Source of the DNA: an uncultured virus (IMG/VR IMGVR_UViG_3300020421_000013)
Taxonomy: Duplodnaviria > Heunggongvirae > Uroviricota > Caudoviricetes > Crassvirales
DNA length: 20,000 bases
Direction: 5' to 3' (one strand)
Virus record (IMG/VR): IMGVR_UViG_3300020421_000013
Of the stretch, positions 1 through 7,754 are shown in pieces. The notes below the pieces were generated by a model. The model was given only the letters and a program-made list of their open reading frames with translations. It had not been told where the DNA came from and did no database searches. Positions within the stretch are counted from its first letter, which is position 1, and each line of letters opens with the position of its first letter. The position numbers were made by a program, and so were the translations under genes.

Positions 1-2
1 CT

Positions 3-1472
3 TGGATTTATAAAAAAAGTGATGCACAGATAGAACAAATGGTAAACATGATAAAAGCATATTATGTTCCAGACCTAACATTTAGTATTGTTAAAGGTGA
101 GGAGATAAAAGATTGGTATCATGAAAGCAGATATAAAAATAAGAGCGGTTCACTATCAAATAGCTGTATGAGATATACTAGTTGTCAAAAATATCTAGAT
201 ATATACTGTGAAAACGATTGTCAAATGCTAATTGCAACTGATTCTGATGGTCAACTACATGGTCGAGCATTATTATGGCCACGATCCATGTGGAATAAAA
301 ATTACTATAGTGATACCGATATTATAATGGACCGTATATACGGTACAGAGGTCACAATCAAAAGATTTATCATGTATGCACAAAATAAAGGTTGGGTTCA
401 TAAAAAAACACAAAACTTTACAGATAATCAAAACTTTATGTTCAAAGGTGAAGATGGTGTATATACAACAGAACACAAACGTATGCGTATGAATTTAACT
501 ACATATAACTTTGATTACTATCCATATGTAGATACCTTCAACACAATGTCGTATGATACAGAAAGTATAAAAAATCATGGTGAAGGTGATATGCTTACAG
601 AAACAGGTGGTGGTACATCAGAAGCTAACATTATAGAATGTTATGATTGTGGCAGCAGTGTCAACGAAGATGATGTAAGATGGGTTAATGATGAACGTTA
701 TTGTGAGGAATGTGTAACTTATTCTGAATATGATGATCAAGATTATAGAAGTGATGAAGTTAGATATTCAGAAGTACTAAACTCATATATATGGCATGAA
801 GATGCATATGAAATTACTCACGGTATTAGAAGAAATGAATTCATACATATTGACGAAAGTAGGCAATGTTATCTTGATGAAGAAAGTTTTGTAGCAGTAA
901 ATGATATAATTAATAATCATGGTGCACCTGTACCATATTTAACAAGCGATGATACAGTACAATTAAGTATAACAACAATAGACGATATAGTTAACGAAGC
1001 AGCTACTGGTATAATGAGAATAAATTCAGATACAATACCATACATGCCATCAAATACAGAAGCGTTTACTAGAAACAGAGGACAGTATATGGCAAATTAT
1101 GCCTATGAATATAATACAAGTCGTGATCCTATAACTAATAATATAATGATGGATTGTTCTACAAATGAAAACTATGATGCATATTGTTGGGCAAAAGTGT
1201 ACAGATATATACATGCTATATGGTGTAAATATGGTATAGAAAGTATTAATGTGTGCTGGGATGGTGAAATTCAACAAATAAACTTTGATGCAACAACATA
1301 CAATCAATATAAAGATTTAATTGTTTCTGGTGAACTCAACATTACAGATGCTAATAATGCAAATGATTTTGCAGATATGTTTGAAACATCAATGGAACCA
1401 TTCATGGAAGTAATGTGTGCATTAACAAGTGAATTTCCACTTAATCATAGAAATATAAACGAAAATGCCTAA
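3..1472 (+). CDS. Uncharacterised early phage protein, 5'-truncated at the window edge: SCM..GRALLW..DRIY..YPYxDT domain, CxxC-x17-CxxC zinc ribbon and acidic/aromatic region
   Basis: The frame is open from position 3 (WIYKKSDAQIEQ before the ATG at 39), so the true start is probably outside the window. Motifs NSCMRY, GRALLW, MDRIYG, YPYVDT; CYDC...CEEC at nt 639-713. Confidence 0.8.
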   Translation, partial: WIYKKSDAQIEQMVNMIKAYYVPDLTFSIVKGEEIKDWYHESRYKNKSGSLSNSCMRYTSCQKYLDIYCENDCQMLIATDSDGQLHGRALLWPRSMWNKNYYSDTDIIMDRIYGTEVTIKRFIMYAQNKGWVHKKTQNFTDNQNFMFKGEDGVYTTEHKRMRMNLTTYNFDYYPYVDTFNTMSYDTESIKNHGEGDMLTETGGGTSEANIIECYDCGSSVNEDDVRWVNDERYCEECVTYSEYDDQDYRSDEVRYSEVLNSYIWHEDAYEITHGIRRNEFIHIDESRQCYLDEESFVAVNDIINNHGAPVPYLTSDDTVQLSITTIDDIVNEAATGIMRINSDTIPYMPSNTEAFTRNRGQYMANYAYEYNTSRDPITNNIMMDCSTNENYDAYCWAKVYRYIHAIWCKYGIESINVCWDGEIQQINFDATTYNQYKDLIVSGELNITDANNANDFADMFETSMEPFMEVMCALTSEFPLNHRNINENA

Positions 1473-1501
1473 AATAAATTAATCAATTAAAATATAATAT
1501 A

Positions 1502-1810
1502 ATGTATAAAAACAAAAATCAGTTCAAGTTCAATGAAAATCAATTAAAAATATTCACAAAAATATACGCTAGTAATTGGTGTTCTGTTCCAAACGAATTC
1601 AAAGAGAAAGATTATCAAGGTAAAAACATTGATGAAAAAATTCAACAATTTATTTGTGATATAAAAAAGTTAGATATGAAGAAAGAAACTTTGAATGAAC
1701 TACTGTTGCAATTTTATCATCAGGGTGATGCTAATGACACAGAACACTTTATAGACACTATATATGAATTATTTCAATTACAAACTGATAAAAACAATAG
1801 TTATGCCTAG
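1502..1810 (+). CDS. Hypothetical protein, 102 aa
   Basis: ATG preceded by an A/T-only leader (aatcaattaaaatataatata), co-oriented with neighbours; no recognisable motif. Confidence 0.7.
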   Translation: MYKNKNQFKFNENQLKIFTKIYASNWCSVPNEFKEKDYQGKNIDEKIQQFICDIKKLDMKKETLNELLLQFYHQGDANDTEHFIDTIYELFQLQTDKNNSYA

Positions 1811-1892
1811 GAATAAATACGAAATAATAATTAGTAATTTTATAATTATGGTGGTATTATCGGCAATATTTTGGTTACTAATGAGTACTTAA
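1803..1892 (+). CDS. Putative 29-aa single-pass membrane microprotein MPRNKYEIIISNFIIMVVLSAIFWLLMST
   Basis: Manual translation. The ATG overlaps the end of the upstream ORF by 8 nt; basic N-terminus then about 20 hydrophobic residues; fills the gap up to the hairpin at 1893. Confidence 0.5.
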   Translation: MPRNKYEIIISNFIIMVVLSAIFWLLMST

Positions 1893-1927
1893 GAATACTT
1901 GTGACTTGGAAAAGTTACAAGCTGTTC
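1893..1927 (+). other. Stem-loop with GGAA (GNRA) tetraloop, no U-tract; possible RNA processing/stability element or origin hairpin
   Basis: CTTGTGACTT (1898-1907) pairs with AAGTTACAAG (1912-1921) with one G-U; extends GAATA (1893-1897)/TGTTC (1923-1927) around a bulged C. Confidence 0.6.
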
Positions 1928-1943
1928 ACTATCATGTGCCTAC

Positions 1944-1989
1944 GCGACCAGTGCGCGACCAGTGCAAACCTCAGCGAGACCAGTGCAAA
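1944..1989. repeat. Three direct repeats of GACCAGTGC (iteron/operator-like)
   Basis: Exact copies at 1946-1954, 1957-1965 and 1978-1986 (spacings 11 and 21 bp). Copies 1 and 2 share GCGACCAGTGC; copies 2 and 3 share GACCAGTGCAAA. A GC-rich island in AT-rich DNA. Confidence 0.85.
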
Positions 1990-2030
1990 ATTAAATTGTG
2001 GCGGATTTATAAAAATTAATGCTTATTAAC

Positions 2031-2061
2031 TTGTATTTGTGAATAACATTGATTATATTTA
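2031..2061 (+). promoter_or_regulatory. Putative Bacteroidota primary-sigma promoter for the recombination/replication operon
   Basis: TTG (2031-2033), 20-nt spacer, TATATTTA (2054-2061). One mismatch to the Bacteroides/Flavobacterium -7 consensus TAnnTTTG; 18 nt upstream of ATG 2080. Confidence 0.55.
2038..2046 (-). promoter_or_regulatory. DnaA-box consensus match TTATTCACA within the promoter spacer
   Basis: + strand TGTGAATAA is the reverse complement of TTATTCACA, fitting TT(A/T)TNCACA. Single copy, so function is inferred. Confidence 0.45.
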
Positions 2062-2079
2062 CATAAAATAATCTAATAT

Positions 2080-2334
2080 ATGACTAATTCAAAAATCAAA
2101 GATATATTACACTCTGAAAAACTCAGCATAGGAGATAACATGAAGGTGTTTAGTGAGGTTTACGAAAGAATAAGTTCGATCGTAGATGAACGAGTAGATA
2201 TGGAAGTTAAAAGCTTTAATATCGGACCCGATGAAAGCGATGTGTTAGAAGATATCACAACTAATCACTCGAAATATTATTATAATGAAATTCTTGATAT
2301 CGTAAATCTAGTTTTAAACAAATGGAAAAATTAG
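2080..2334 (+). CDS. Hypothetical protein, 84 aa, acidic and helical
   Basis: First ORF after the predicted promoter; overlaps the next ORF by 13 nt. Confidence 0.7.
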   Translation: MTNSKIKDILHSEKLSIGDNMKVFSEVYERISSIVDERVDMEVKSFNIGPDESDVLEDITTNHSKYYYNEILDIVNLVLNKWKN

Positions 2335-2741
2335 TCAATGTGGACTCAACCACTAAAAAAGAACAACTGTGGGCAAAATTAGCCGCTTACAGTACGCCGC
2401 ACGTGATAAACGTATTTACGGGCGAGATTGGGTTTATAATGCCCTACATGAAGGTAACTATAGAAGGTGGAGAATTGAACGCAGTATATACTGATTCAAA
2501 CCTGTATCCGGATATAACAGACCAGGACATCGACACAATCTTAAATGATGGTGTTTTAGAAGGAGTAAGAAAAATTGCTTACACTAAATCATGGATTAAA
2601 TTAAAAGCGCTTAGAGAACATTTGTATTTAAATAAAGCACGTGGCGCATTTAAAAAAATTCAAGAAAAAGAACTAGAAATTGCTCAATTAATATCTAGAA
2701 TGAGGCAATTAAGACACACAAAAAAAATAATACTTAACTAA
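2322..2741 (+). CDS. Hypothetical protein, 139 aa, with basic coiled-coil-like C-terminus
   Basis: Coupled to both neighbours; stop overlaps next start (TAATG at 2739-2743). Confidence 0.75.
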   Translation: MEKLVNVDSTTKKEQLWAKLAAYSTPHVINVFTGEIGFIMPYMKVTIEGGELNAVYTDSNLYPDITDQDIDTILNDGVLEGVRKIAYTKSWIKLKALREHLYLNKARGAFKKIQEKELEIAQLISRMRQLRHTKKIILN

Positions 2742-2890
2742 TGAGATACAAAATAAATATTTACCACGGAGGCGAAGGCGACGATGAAACATGGTACGCC
2801 AAAACAATCAGTGATGCAAAACGCATAGCTTTCAGGGGGGAGCATCAGGAAATTATAGACACTAAAACAAATAAAATTATTGAAATATGA
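2741..2890 (+). CDS. Hypothetical 49-aa protein MRYKINIYHGGEGDDETWYAKTISDAKRIAFRGEHQEIIDTKTNKIIEI (not in the ORF track)
   Basis: Manual translation. TAATG overlap upstream and ATGA overlap with the ERF gene downstream; fills the gap exactly. Confidence 0.8.
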   Translation: MRYKINIYHGGEGDDETWYAKTISDAKRIAFRGEHQEIIDTKTNKIIEI

Positions 2891-3387
2891 GTATATATGC
2901 CAAACTGTTTGACATCCAACAGGAAATAGGAGCTATTTCGAAGGATTCTAAGAACCCTTTTTACAATTCAGCATACTTTGACATTAACAGTCTTATTGCA
3001 CAGCTTATGCCTCTTCTAAAGAAGAATAAGGTGTTGCTCACACAACCAATAGAAAATAGCACTGTTATGACTAGATTGACCTGTGTAGAAAAAGGAAATT
3101 TTGTAGAGGGAGGTATACCTCTACCTGATATAGCTGATCCACAAAAAATGGGAGGTGCCATAACTTATTACAGAAGATATAGTTTAGCATCTCTATTAGG
3201 ACTTCAGGCACAAGATGATGATGGCAACAGCACAATTAATTCTGCAACCAGCAAACCTATGCTAAGTCAAGCTGGTCTTGATTACATACTGACAAAAGGG
3301 ACAAAACAAGATGGGATTGATGCGTTAACAAAACGAACAGTGAAACCAGATCATCAAAAATTAATCAAATCTAAATTTAAAATCTAA
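2887..3387 (+). CDS. erf: ERF-family single-strand annealing protein (recombinase)
   Basis: N-terminal KDSKNPFYNSAY and the ERF signature PQKMGGAITYYRRYSLASLLGL..DDDG. Confidence 0.92.
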   Translation: MSIYAKLFDIQQEIGAISKDSKNPFYNSAYFDINSLIAQLMPLLKKNKVLLTQPIENSTVMTRLTCVEKGNFVEGGIPLPDIADPQKMGGAITYYRRYSLASLLGLQAQDDDGNSTINSATSKPMLSQAGLDYILTKGTKQDGIDALTKRTVKPDHQKLIKSKFKI

Positions 3388-4115
3388 TGGAATTTAAGGA
3401 AATCATCAAAACTCTCCGTCAAGACGACGAATATTACGATGGAATTGGCAAAAAGTACTTGTCAAATTCTAACATTGAAACGCTTTTAAAAAATCCAAAA
3501 CAATATGGTGTGCCACAGCAAAAAACTGTTGCAATGCTAATGGGTAATGCAGTACATGAAATTACATTCTTTGGATCAACAAACCTACCAGCAATTGATG
3601 TTTCTTCTAGGAACACAAAAGCATATAAAGATAGGGATGTAGATGGTCCTGTGCTTCTACAAAAAGAACTGGATGAATGTCATAGAATTGCTGAAACATT
3701 AAGAAAAACTAAAGCTGCTGAAGTTTTGTTTGAAGATGCAAACATATATGAAGAGCCTATGGTTAAAGATTTATTTGGCAACGGTGTTTTATGGAAAGGC
3801 AAAGCAGATATTATTAGCTCTGTTGTCAATAAAATTATTGATCTAAAAACGACAAGTAATATTGACTCATTTGCAAGCAAAGCTAGAATGTACAACTATG
3901 ACAGTCAAGCTTGGATATACAAACAACTTTTTGATTTAGACATGATGTTTTTTGTTATAGAAAAAGACACCATGCGTATGAAACAAATTGAAGTTTCAGA
4001 CGAAACTTTAGAGAAAGGCAAGATAAAGGCAATAGAAGCCGAACAAAACTACCTTGATATGTTCGTAAACAAGAACATTGATCCAACCCAATATGTAGAG
4101 TATGGCATCATATAA
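3387..4115 (+). CDS. PD-(D/E)XK exonuclease, RecE/exonuclease VIII-like (DUF3799 type)
   Basis: LSNSNI, MGNAVHE, WKGKAD..IIDLKTT and YDSQAWIY motifs; TAATG-coupled to ERF. Confidence 0.88.
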   Translation: MEFKEIIKTLRQDDEYYDGIGKKYLSNSNIETLLKNPKQYGVPQQKTVAMLMGNAVHEITFFGSTNLPAIDVSSRNTKAYKDRDVDGPVLLQKELDECHRIAETLRKTKAAEVLFEDANIYEEPMVKDLFGNGVLWKGKADIISSVVNKIIDLKTTSNIDSFASKARMYNYDSQAWIYKQLFDLDMMFFVIEKDTMRMKQIEVSDETLEKGKIKAIEAEQNYLDMFVNKNIDPTQYVEYGII

Positions 4116-4191
4116 CAGACGTGCCGTCATAGGTATATGGGTATCAATTATAATTTTTTTATTAATCATTAATTTTTTTTCAAAATGCTAA
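4102..4191 (+). CDS. Possible 29-aa single-pass membrane microprotein MASYNRRAVIGIWVSIIIFLLIINFFSKC
   Basis: Manual translation; overlaps both flanking genes (14 nt and 7 nt). The hydrophobicity could simply reflect a T-rich intergenic stretch. Confidence 0.35.
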   Translation: MASYNRRAVIGIWVSIIIFLLIINFFSKC

Positions 4192-4514
4192 AAGCAAACA
4201 TTTCAATCAACCTGACCAAACTTGGTCAAAATCAAGCCAAAATTTCAACGTCAAAAAAAGGCGAGAAGTGGGCAAATTTAGAGATCGCAGTCAAAGACGA
4301 AGTCGATCAGTATAATCAAAACATTTCTGTTAAGTTTTCAAAAGACAAAAACAATCCTGATGAAGCTCCTATATGGTTAGGCAATGGATCAACTTATTGG
4401 ACGGATGGATTAACACCAAAAACTTCAAGAGAAATGTCACAACCTGCACAAAAAGAAGCAAATTTTCAACCTGCAGAAGAACCAAATGATGTAGCAGATG
4501 ATCTCCCTTTCTAA
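4185..4514 (+). CDS. Putative single-stranded DNA-binding protein (short beta-rich fold with acidic tail)
   Basis: Beta-rich N-terminal ~75 aa, flexible linker and C-terminal DDLPF tail typical of SSBs; follows ERF and the exonuclease. Confidence 0.75.
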   Translation: MLKANISINLTKLGQNQAKISTSKKGEKWANLEIAVKDEVDQYNQNISVKFSKDKNNPDEAPIWLGNGSTYWTDGLTPKTSREMSQPAQKEANFQPAEEPNDVADDLPF

Positions 4515-5073
4515 TATTATAGGAAAAAGAAACGAAAAGGTCAAAGCGGTAGTGGAAAAAGCCTGTGAATGGCACGGGCTCTTCCCTCACTCCTTGTTTA
4601 AAAAGAAGAGAAAAAGACCTTTAGTCGAAGCAAGACAAGAAGCCTGGTATTTTATTCGAAGACATGTAAGAACCAGCAATGGTATTAAAATTTCTTTGAG
4701 TGAGATAGGCAGATGCGCAACTCTATGGGATATAAAAGAAGTATGGGATCATGCTTCAGTATTACATGCAGTAAGATTGATAGATGGTAGGAGAGATGTA
4801 GATAAAGTATACAATTCACATATGGAAAAGGCTGATAAAGAAATTTCAGATCTTATAAAAAACATGGATTGTACACAATTAGACACATATAACCCAACTT
4901 TACATTATCATGAAATGCTCGGACATTTAAATTACAATTTATGCGAGAGAAACGATTCAGAAGAGGTGGACTTTTTAATCAAAACTTTAAATGAAAAAAG
5001 AAACAACGAAACATCCAATCAAGATTCATTCAAAGATCTTAAAATGGAGGTGGTACAAGGAACCGTTAACTAA
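4498..5073 (+). CDS. Stand-alone DnaA domain IV-like (Bac_DnaA_C) helix-turn-helix protein
   Basis: KKRKRPLVEARQEAWYFIRR..SLSEIG..DHASVLHAVRLI mirrors the DnaA C-terminal signature (R..ARQ.AMYL.R..SL.EIG..RDHTTVLHA); no AAA+ domain. Confidence 0.8.
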   Translation: MISLSNIIGKRNEKVKAVVEKACEWHGLFPHSLFKKKRKRPLVEARQEAWYFIRRHVRTSNGIKISLSEIGRCATLWDIKEVWDHASVLHAVRLIDGRRDVDKVYNSHMEKADKEISDLIKNMDCTQLDTYNPTLHYHEMLGHLNYNLCERNDSEEVDFLIKTLNEKRNNETSNQDSFKDLKMEVVQGTVN

Positions 5074-5704
5074 ATCAGTATTTTTTCATTTATTAATAAC
5101 AGCATGCCAAGATAAATGCTTACAAAATGATGCATTAGTCACAAGAGGAGAGGTTATGACTTCTTACAGAAAGTTAGCTGATGATCTTGGCATGACTGTT
5201 TCACAAATCAGAACTTCATTAACAAAATTAAATCAGACTGGAGAGATTGATACAGTAAAATCTAAACGTTTTACTAAGATTATTCTTTTGAATTACGAAA
5301 ATTATCAAGCTGACATTATAGCTACAGATGTTTTAGTCAAGCATGAAAGTAATAATAAAATATTTTTACAAATGGCTATGAAAGATGTGGGATGGCAGGA
5401 AATGCTATGCATGCATAATAATATTACAGTAGGTCAAATGAAATTTATGCTTGATAGATTTTTGAAACATATTGAATCATCAGATGATCGAAAACCAAAT
5501 TTTAAAGAATTCAAAACACATTTTACTAATTGGCTTCGTTATCAAAACATAAAAGAACATGAGGTAAAAAGCCAGGATGTGTATCAATTTAAATGGAATG
5601 GTCAGGCTTTATTGACTGGAACTAAACAACAATATGATCGTGCCAAAAAAACCTATGATGTAGAGGGATTTGATTTTAAACTAATAAAGATTATAAAACA
5701 ATGA
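4991..5704 (+). CDS. Phage replication initiator / replisome organiser with N-terminal winged HTH
   Basis: FFHLLITA..RGEVMTSYRKLADDLGMTVSQIRTSLTKL..TGEI..TKIILLNYENYQ is typical of phage initiator N-termini; C-terminal helical domain ending HFTNWLR; ATGA-coupled to the primase-helicase. Confidence 0.75.
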   Translation: MKKETTKHPIKIHSKILKWRWYKEPLTKSVFFHLLITACQDKCLQNDALVTRGEVMTSYRKLADDLGMTVSQIRTSLTKLNQTGEIDTVKSKRFTKIILLNYENYQADIIATDVLVKHESNNKIFLQMAMKDVGWQEMLCMHNNITVGQMKFMLDRFLKHIESSDDRKPNFKEFKTHFTNWLRYQNIKEHEVKSQDVYQFKWNGQALLTGTKQQYDRAKKTYDVEGFDFKLIKIIKQ

Positions 5705-7488
5705 ACGAAATTAACGGCTTTAAAATAAAAACATATAACCAATACGCATTTAAACAGGATGCAAAAACTGATATTTGTCCTAAATGCTCACACGAAAGAA
5801 AGAAAAAGAAAGATAAATGTGTGATGTTAGATTGGGAAAGAGCTCTTGCGACATGTCAGCATTGTGGAAGTGTAATGCAGATGCATGAATACGAGAAAAA
5901 AAATCAAACCAAAACATATGTACGTCCTGTAGAAAAAAACTACACACCTTTGAACGAAAAGGTTGTTCAGTGGTTTAAGGGCAGAGGCATAAGCGCAAAA
6001 ACAATCAATTATCTTAGAATAACAGATGGTATAGAATGGATGCCTCAAACAAAAACAGAGGTACACACCATACAATTTAATTACTATTTAGATTCTCAAC
6101 TAGTCAACACAAAGTATCGTGATGCTAGAAAGAATTTTAAAATGATTAAAGATGCAGAAAAAATATTTTACAATCTGGATTCTATAAGGTTTACAGAACA
6201 AGTGGTAATTGTTGAAGGCGAAATGGATGTGGCTTCAGTTATAGAATCTGGTATAAATTACTGTGTAAGTGTACCAAATGGATTCACTGCAAATGGAAAC
6301 ATTAATCTTGACTTTCTATCAGATTACTATGAATTTTTTGAAAACAAAAAGAAGATTTATTTAGCTACAGACAACGATGAAGCAGGGCGAAAAGGAAAAG
6401 CAGAATTGATAAGAAGATTCGGAGCAGAAAATTGTTTTATTGTTGACCTGATTGATTGTAAAGATGCAAACGAATATCTAGTCAAGTATGGAAAAGATGC
6501 ATTGAGAGAAGCAATTGTGTCTGCACCACAGTGTCCTCTTGAAAATGTTGTAACTGCAAAAGATGTTGCGACTGATCTTGAAAGCTTTTACGCTCATGGC
6601 CATCAAAAAGGATTCGGAATTGGGTTGAAGGAATTTGACAACATATTTACAACCTATACAAAACAATTTATTGTAGTCACTGGATTTCCATCTTCAGGTA
6701 AATCTGATTTTGTAGACCAGATGTGTGTAGGCTACAACATTTTACATAATTGGAAAATTGCATATGCATCTACTGAAAACTTTCCAGCATATCTTCATGT
6801 AGATAAAATTGTAAGAAAATTTTACGGCAACAAACCTGATAAAGATCAAGTTAAAAACCATGCTTGGAAGCAGACTGTTGATTATGTGAGTGAAAATTTT
6901 TTTCATATCAATTATGATGATGGATATGATTTAGATAAAGTTTTAAAAAAGGGAGAAGAGCTTGTTAAAAGGAAAGGAATCAGATGTTTAGTAATTGATC
7001 CTTATAATAAAGTTAGATACAAGGATGGTAAAAATCTTGGCATAAATGATTATACTAATGAATACCTAAACAAAGTAGACAACTTTTGTAAAAAGCATGA
7101 TGTGCTTGTTATAGTTGTGGCACACCCTACAAAACCTGAGAAGATAGATGGCAAACTTCAACCACCTACTTTCTACGACGTGAAAGGTGGGGGAGAGTTT
7201 TATGATATGAGCCCACATGGAATATTGGTTCATAGAGACAGGACAGAAGAAGGGTTGCAAAATAATTCAGTTATGATCAAAGTTCTTAAAGTCAAGTTCG
7301 CTAACTTAGGAACAAATGACGCGTCGTGTAATTTTGTATGGAACGTGAATAACGGAAGATATGATAACATTGTAGATGATAATCCACAATGGGACAATTC
7401 AAACTGGTTGAAAAATCATAGCAATAAAGTCAAACAAACTGTAATAATTGAAAAAGAATTTAATGAAATCGAAAAAAATATCTTCTAG
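5701..7488 (+). CDS. Bifunctional primase-helicase, T7 gp4/Twinkle-like (Zn finger + TOPRIM + SF4 helicase)
   Basis: CPKC..CQHC zinc finger; TOPRIM VEGEMD, SVPNG, DNDEAG, KDANE; Walker A GFPSSGKS; Walker B LVIDPY; VAHPTK. Confidence 0.95.
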   Translation: MNEINGFKIKTYNQYAFKQDAKTDICPKCSHERKKKKDKCVMLDWERALATCQHCGSVMQMHEYEKKNQTKTYVRPVEKNYTPLNEKVVQWFKGRGISAKTINYLRITDGIEWMPQTKTEVHTIQFNYYLDSQLVNTKYRDARKNFKMIKDAEKIFYNLDSIRFTEQVVIVEGEMDVASVIESGINYCVSVPNGFTANGNINLDFLSDYYEFFENKKKIYLATDNDEAGRKGKAELIRRFGAENCFIVDLIDCKDANEYLVKYGKDALREAIVSAPQCPLENVVTAKDVATDLESFYAHGHQKGFGIGLKEFDNIFTTYTKQFIVVTGFPSSGKSDFVDQMCVGYNILHNWKIAYASTENFPAYLHVDKIVRKFYGNKPDKDQVKNHAWKQTVDYVSENFFHINYDDGYDLDKVLKKGEELVKRKGIRCLVIDPYNKVRYKDGKNLGINDYTNEYLNKVDNFCKKHDVLVIVVAHPTKPEKIDGKLQPPTFYDVKGGGEFYDMSPHGILVHRDRTEEGLQNNSVMIKVLKVKFANLGTNDASCNFVWNVNNGRYDNIVDDNPQWDNSNWLKNHSNKVKQTVIIEKEFNEIEKNIF

Positions 7489-7720
7489 AGAATTATTGTT
7501 TTGGACACCAACAAAAAATATGTATGCATCTGTAAGTTATTGTTTACAAAACGACATAAAAGCTTATATAGTACTTGATGGAAAAGGTTTTAAAATAGAG
7601 CTCAATTATAAAGGCACAATTAAACCTGGTCAAATATTTTATGAAAAACAAGCTGAAGCAGAAAAAGCAATATGGAAGTTATATGAACAAATTTGTTCAA
7701 GTTTGAAAAAAAAATTGTAA
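7463..7720 (+). CDS. Hypothetical protein, about 85 aa
   Basis: The ORF track gives TTG 7448; the in-frame ATG at 7463 is preferred. Overlaps the helicase end. Confidence 0.7.
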   Translation: MKSKKISSRELLFWTPTKNMYASVSYCLQNDIKAYIVLDGKGFKIELNYKGTIKPGQIFYEKQAEAEKAIWKLYEQICSSLKKKL

Positions 7721-7754
7721 ATTATGGGCGTATGAATGTAATAATTAAATATTT

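Noticed and set aside
1893..1927. Hairpin as an intrinsic terminator or tRNA fragment
   Set aside because: No U-tract follows on either strand, and there is no cloverleaf or T-loop motif; kept only as an unexplained stem-loop.
1944..1989. GACCAGTGC repeats as a mini-CRISPR array
   Set aside because: Repeats are 9-12 bp with 2- and 12-nt gaps, far too short; no cas genes in the window.
4991..5704. Lambda-O-style iterons inside the initiator gene
   Set aside because: No direct repeats were visible by eye in the inter-domain linker.
7706..7754. A9 run at the end of the 7463-7720 ORF as a frameshift fusing it to the MazG-like gene
   Set aside because: The frame matching MazG hits TAA before ATG 7755, and the other frame is out of register and soon stops.
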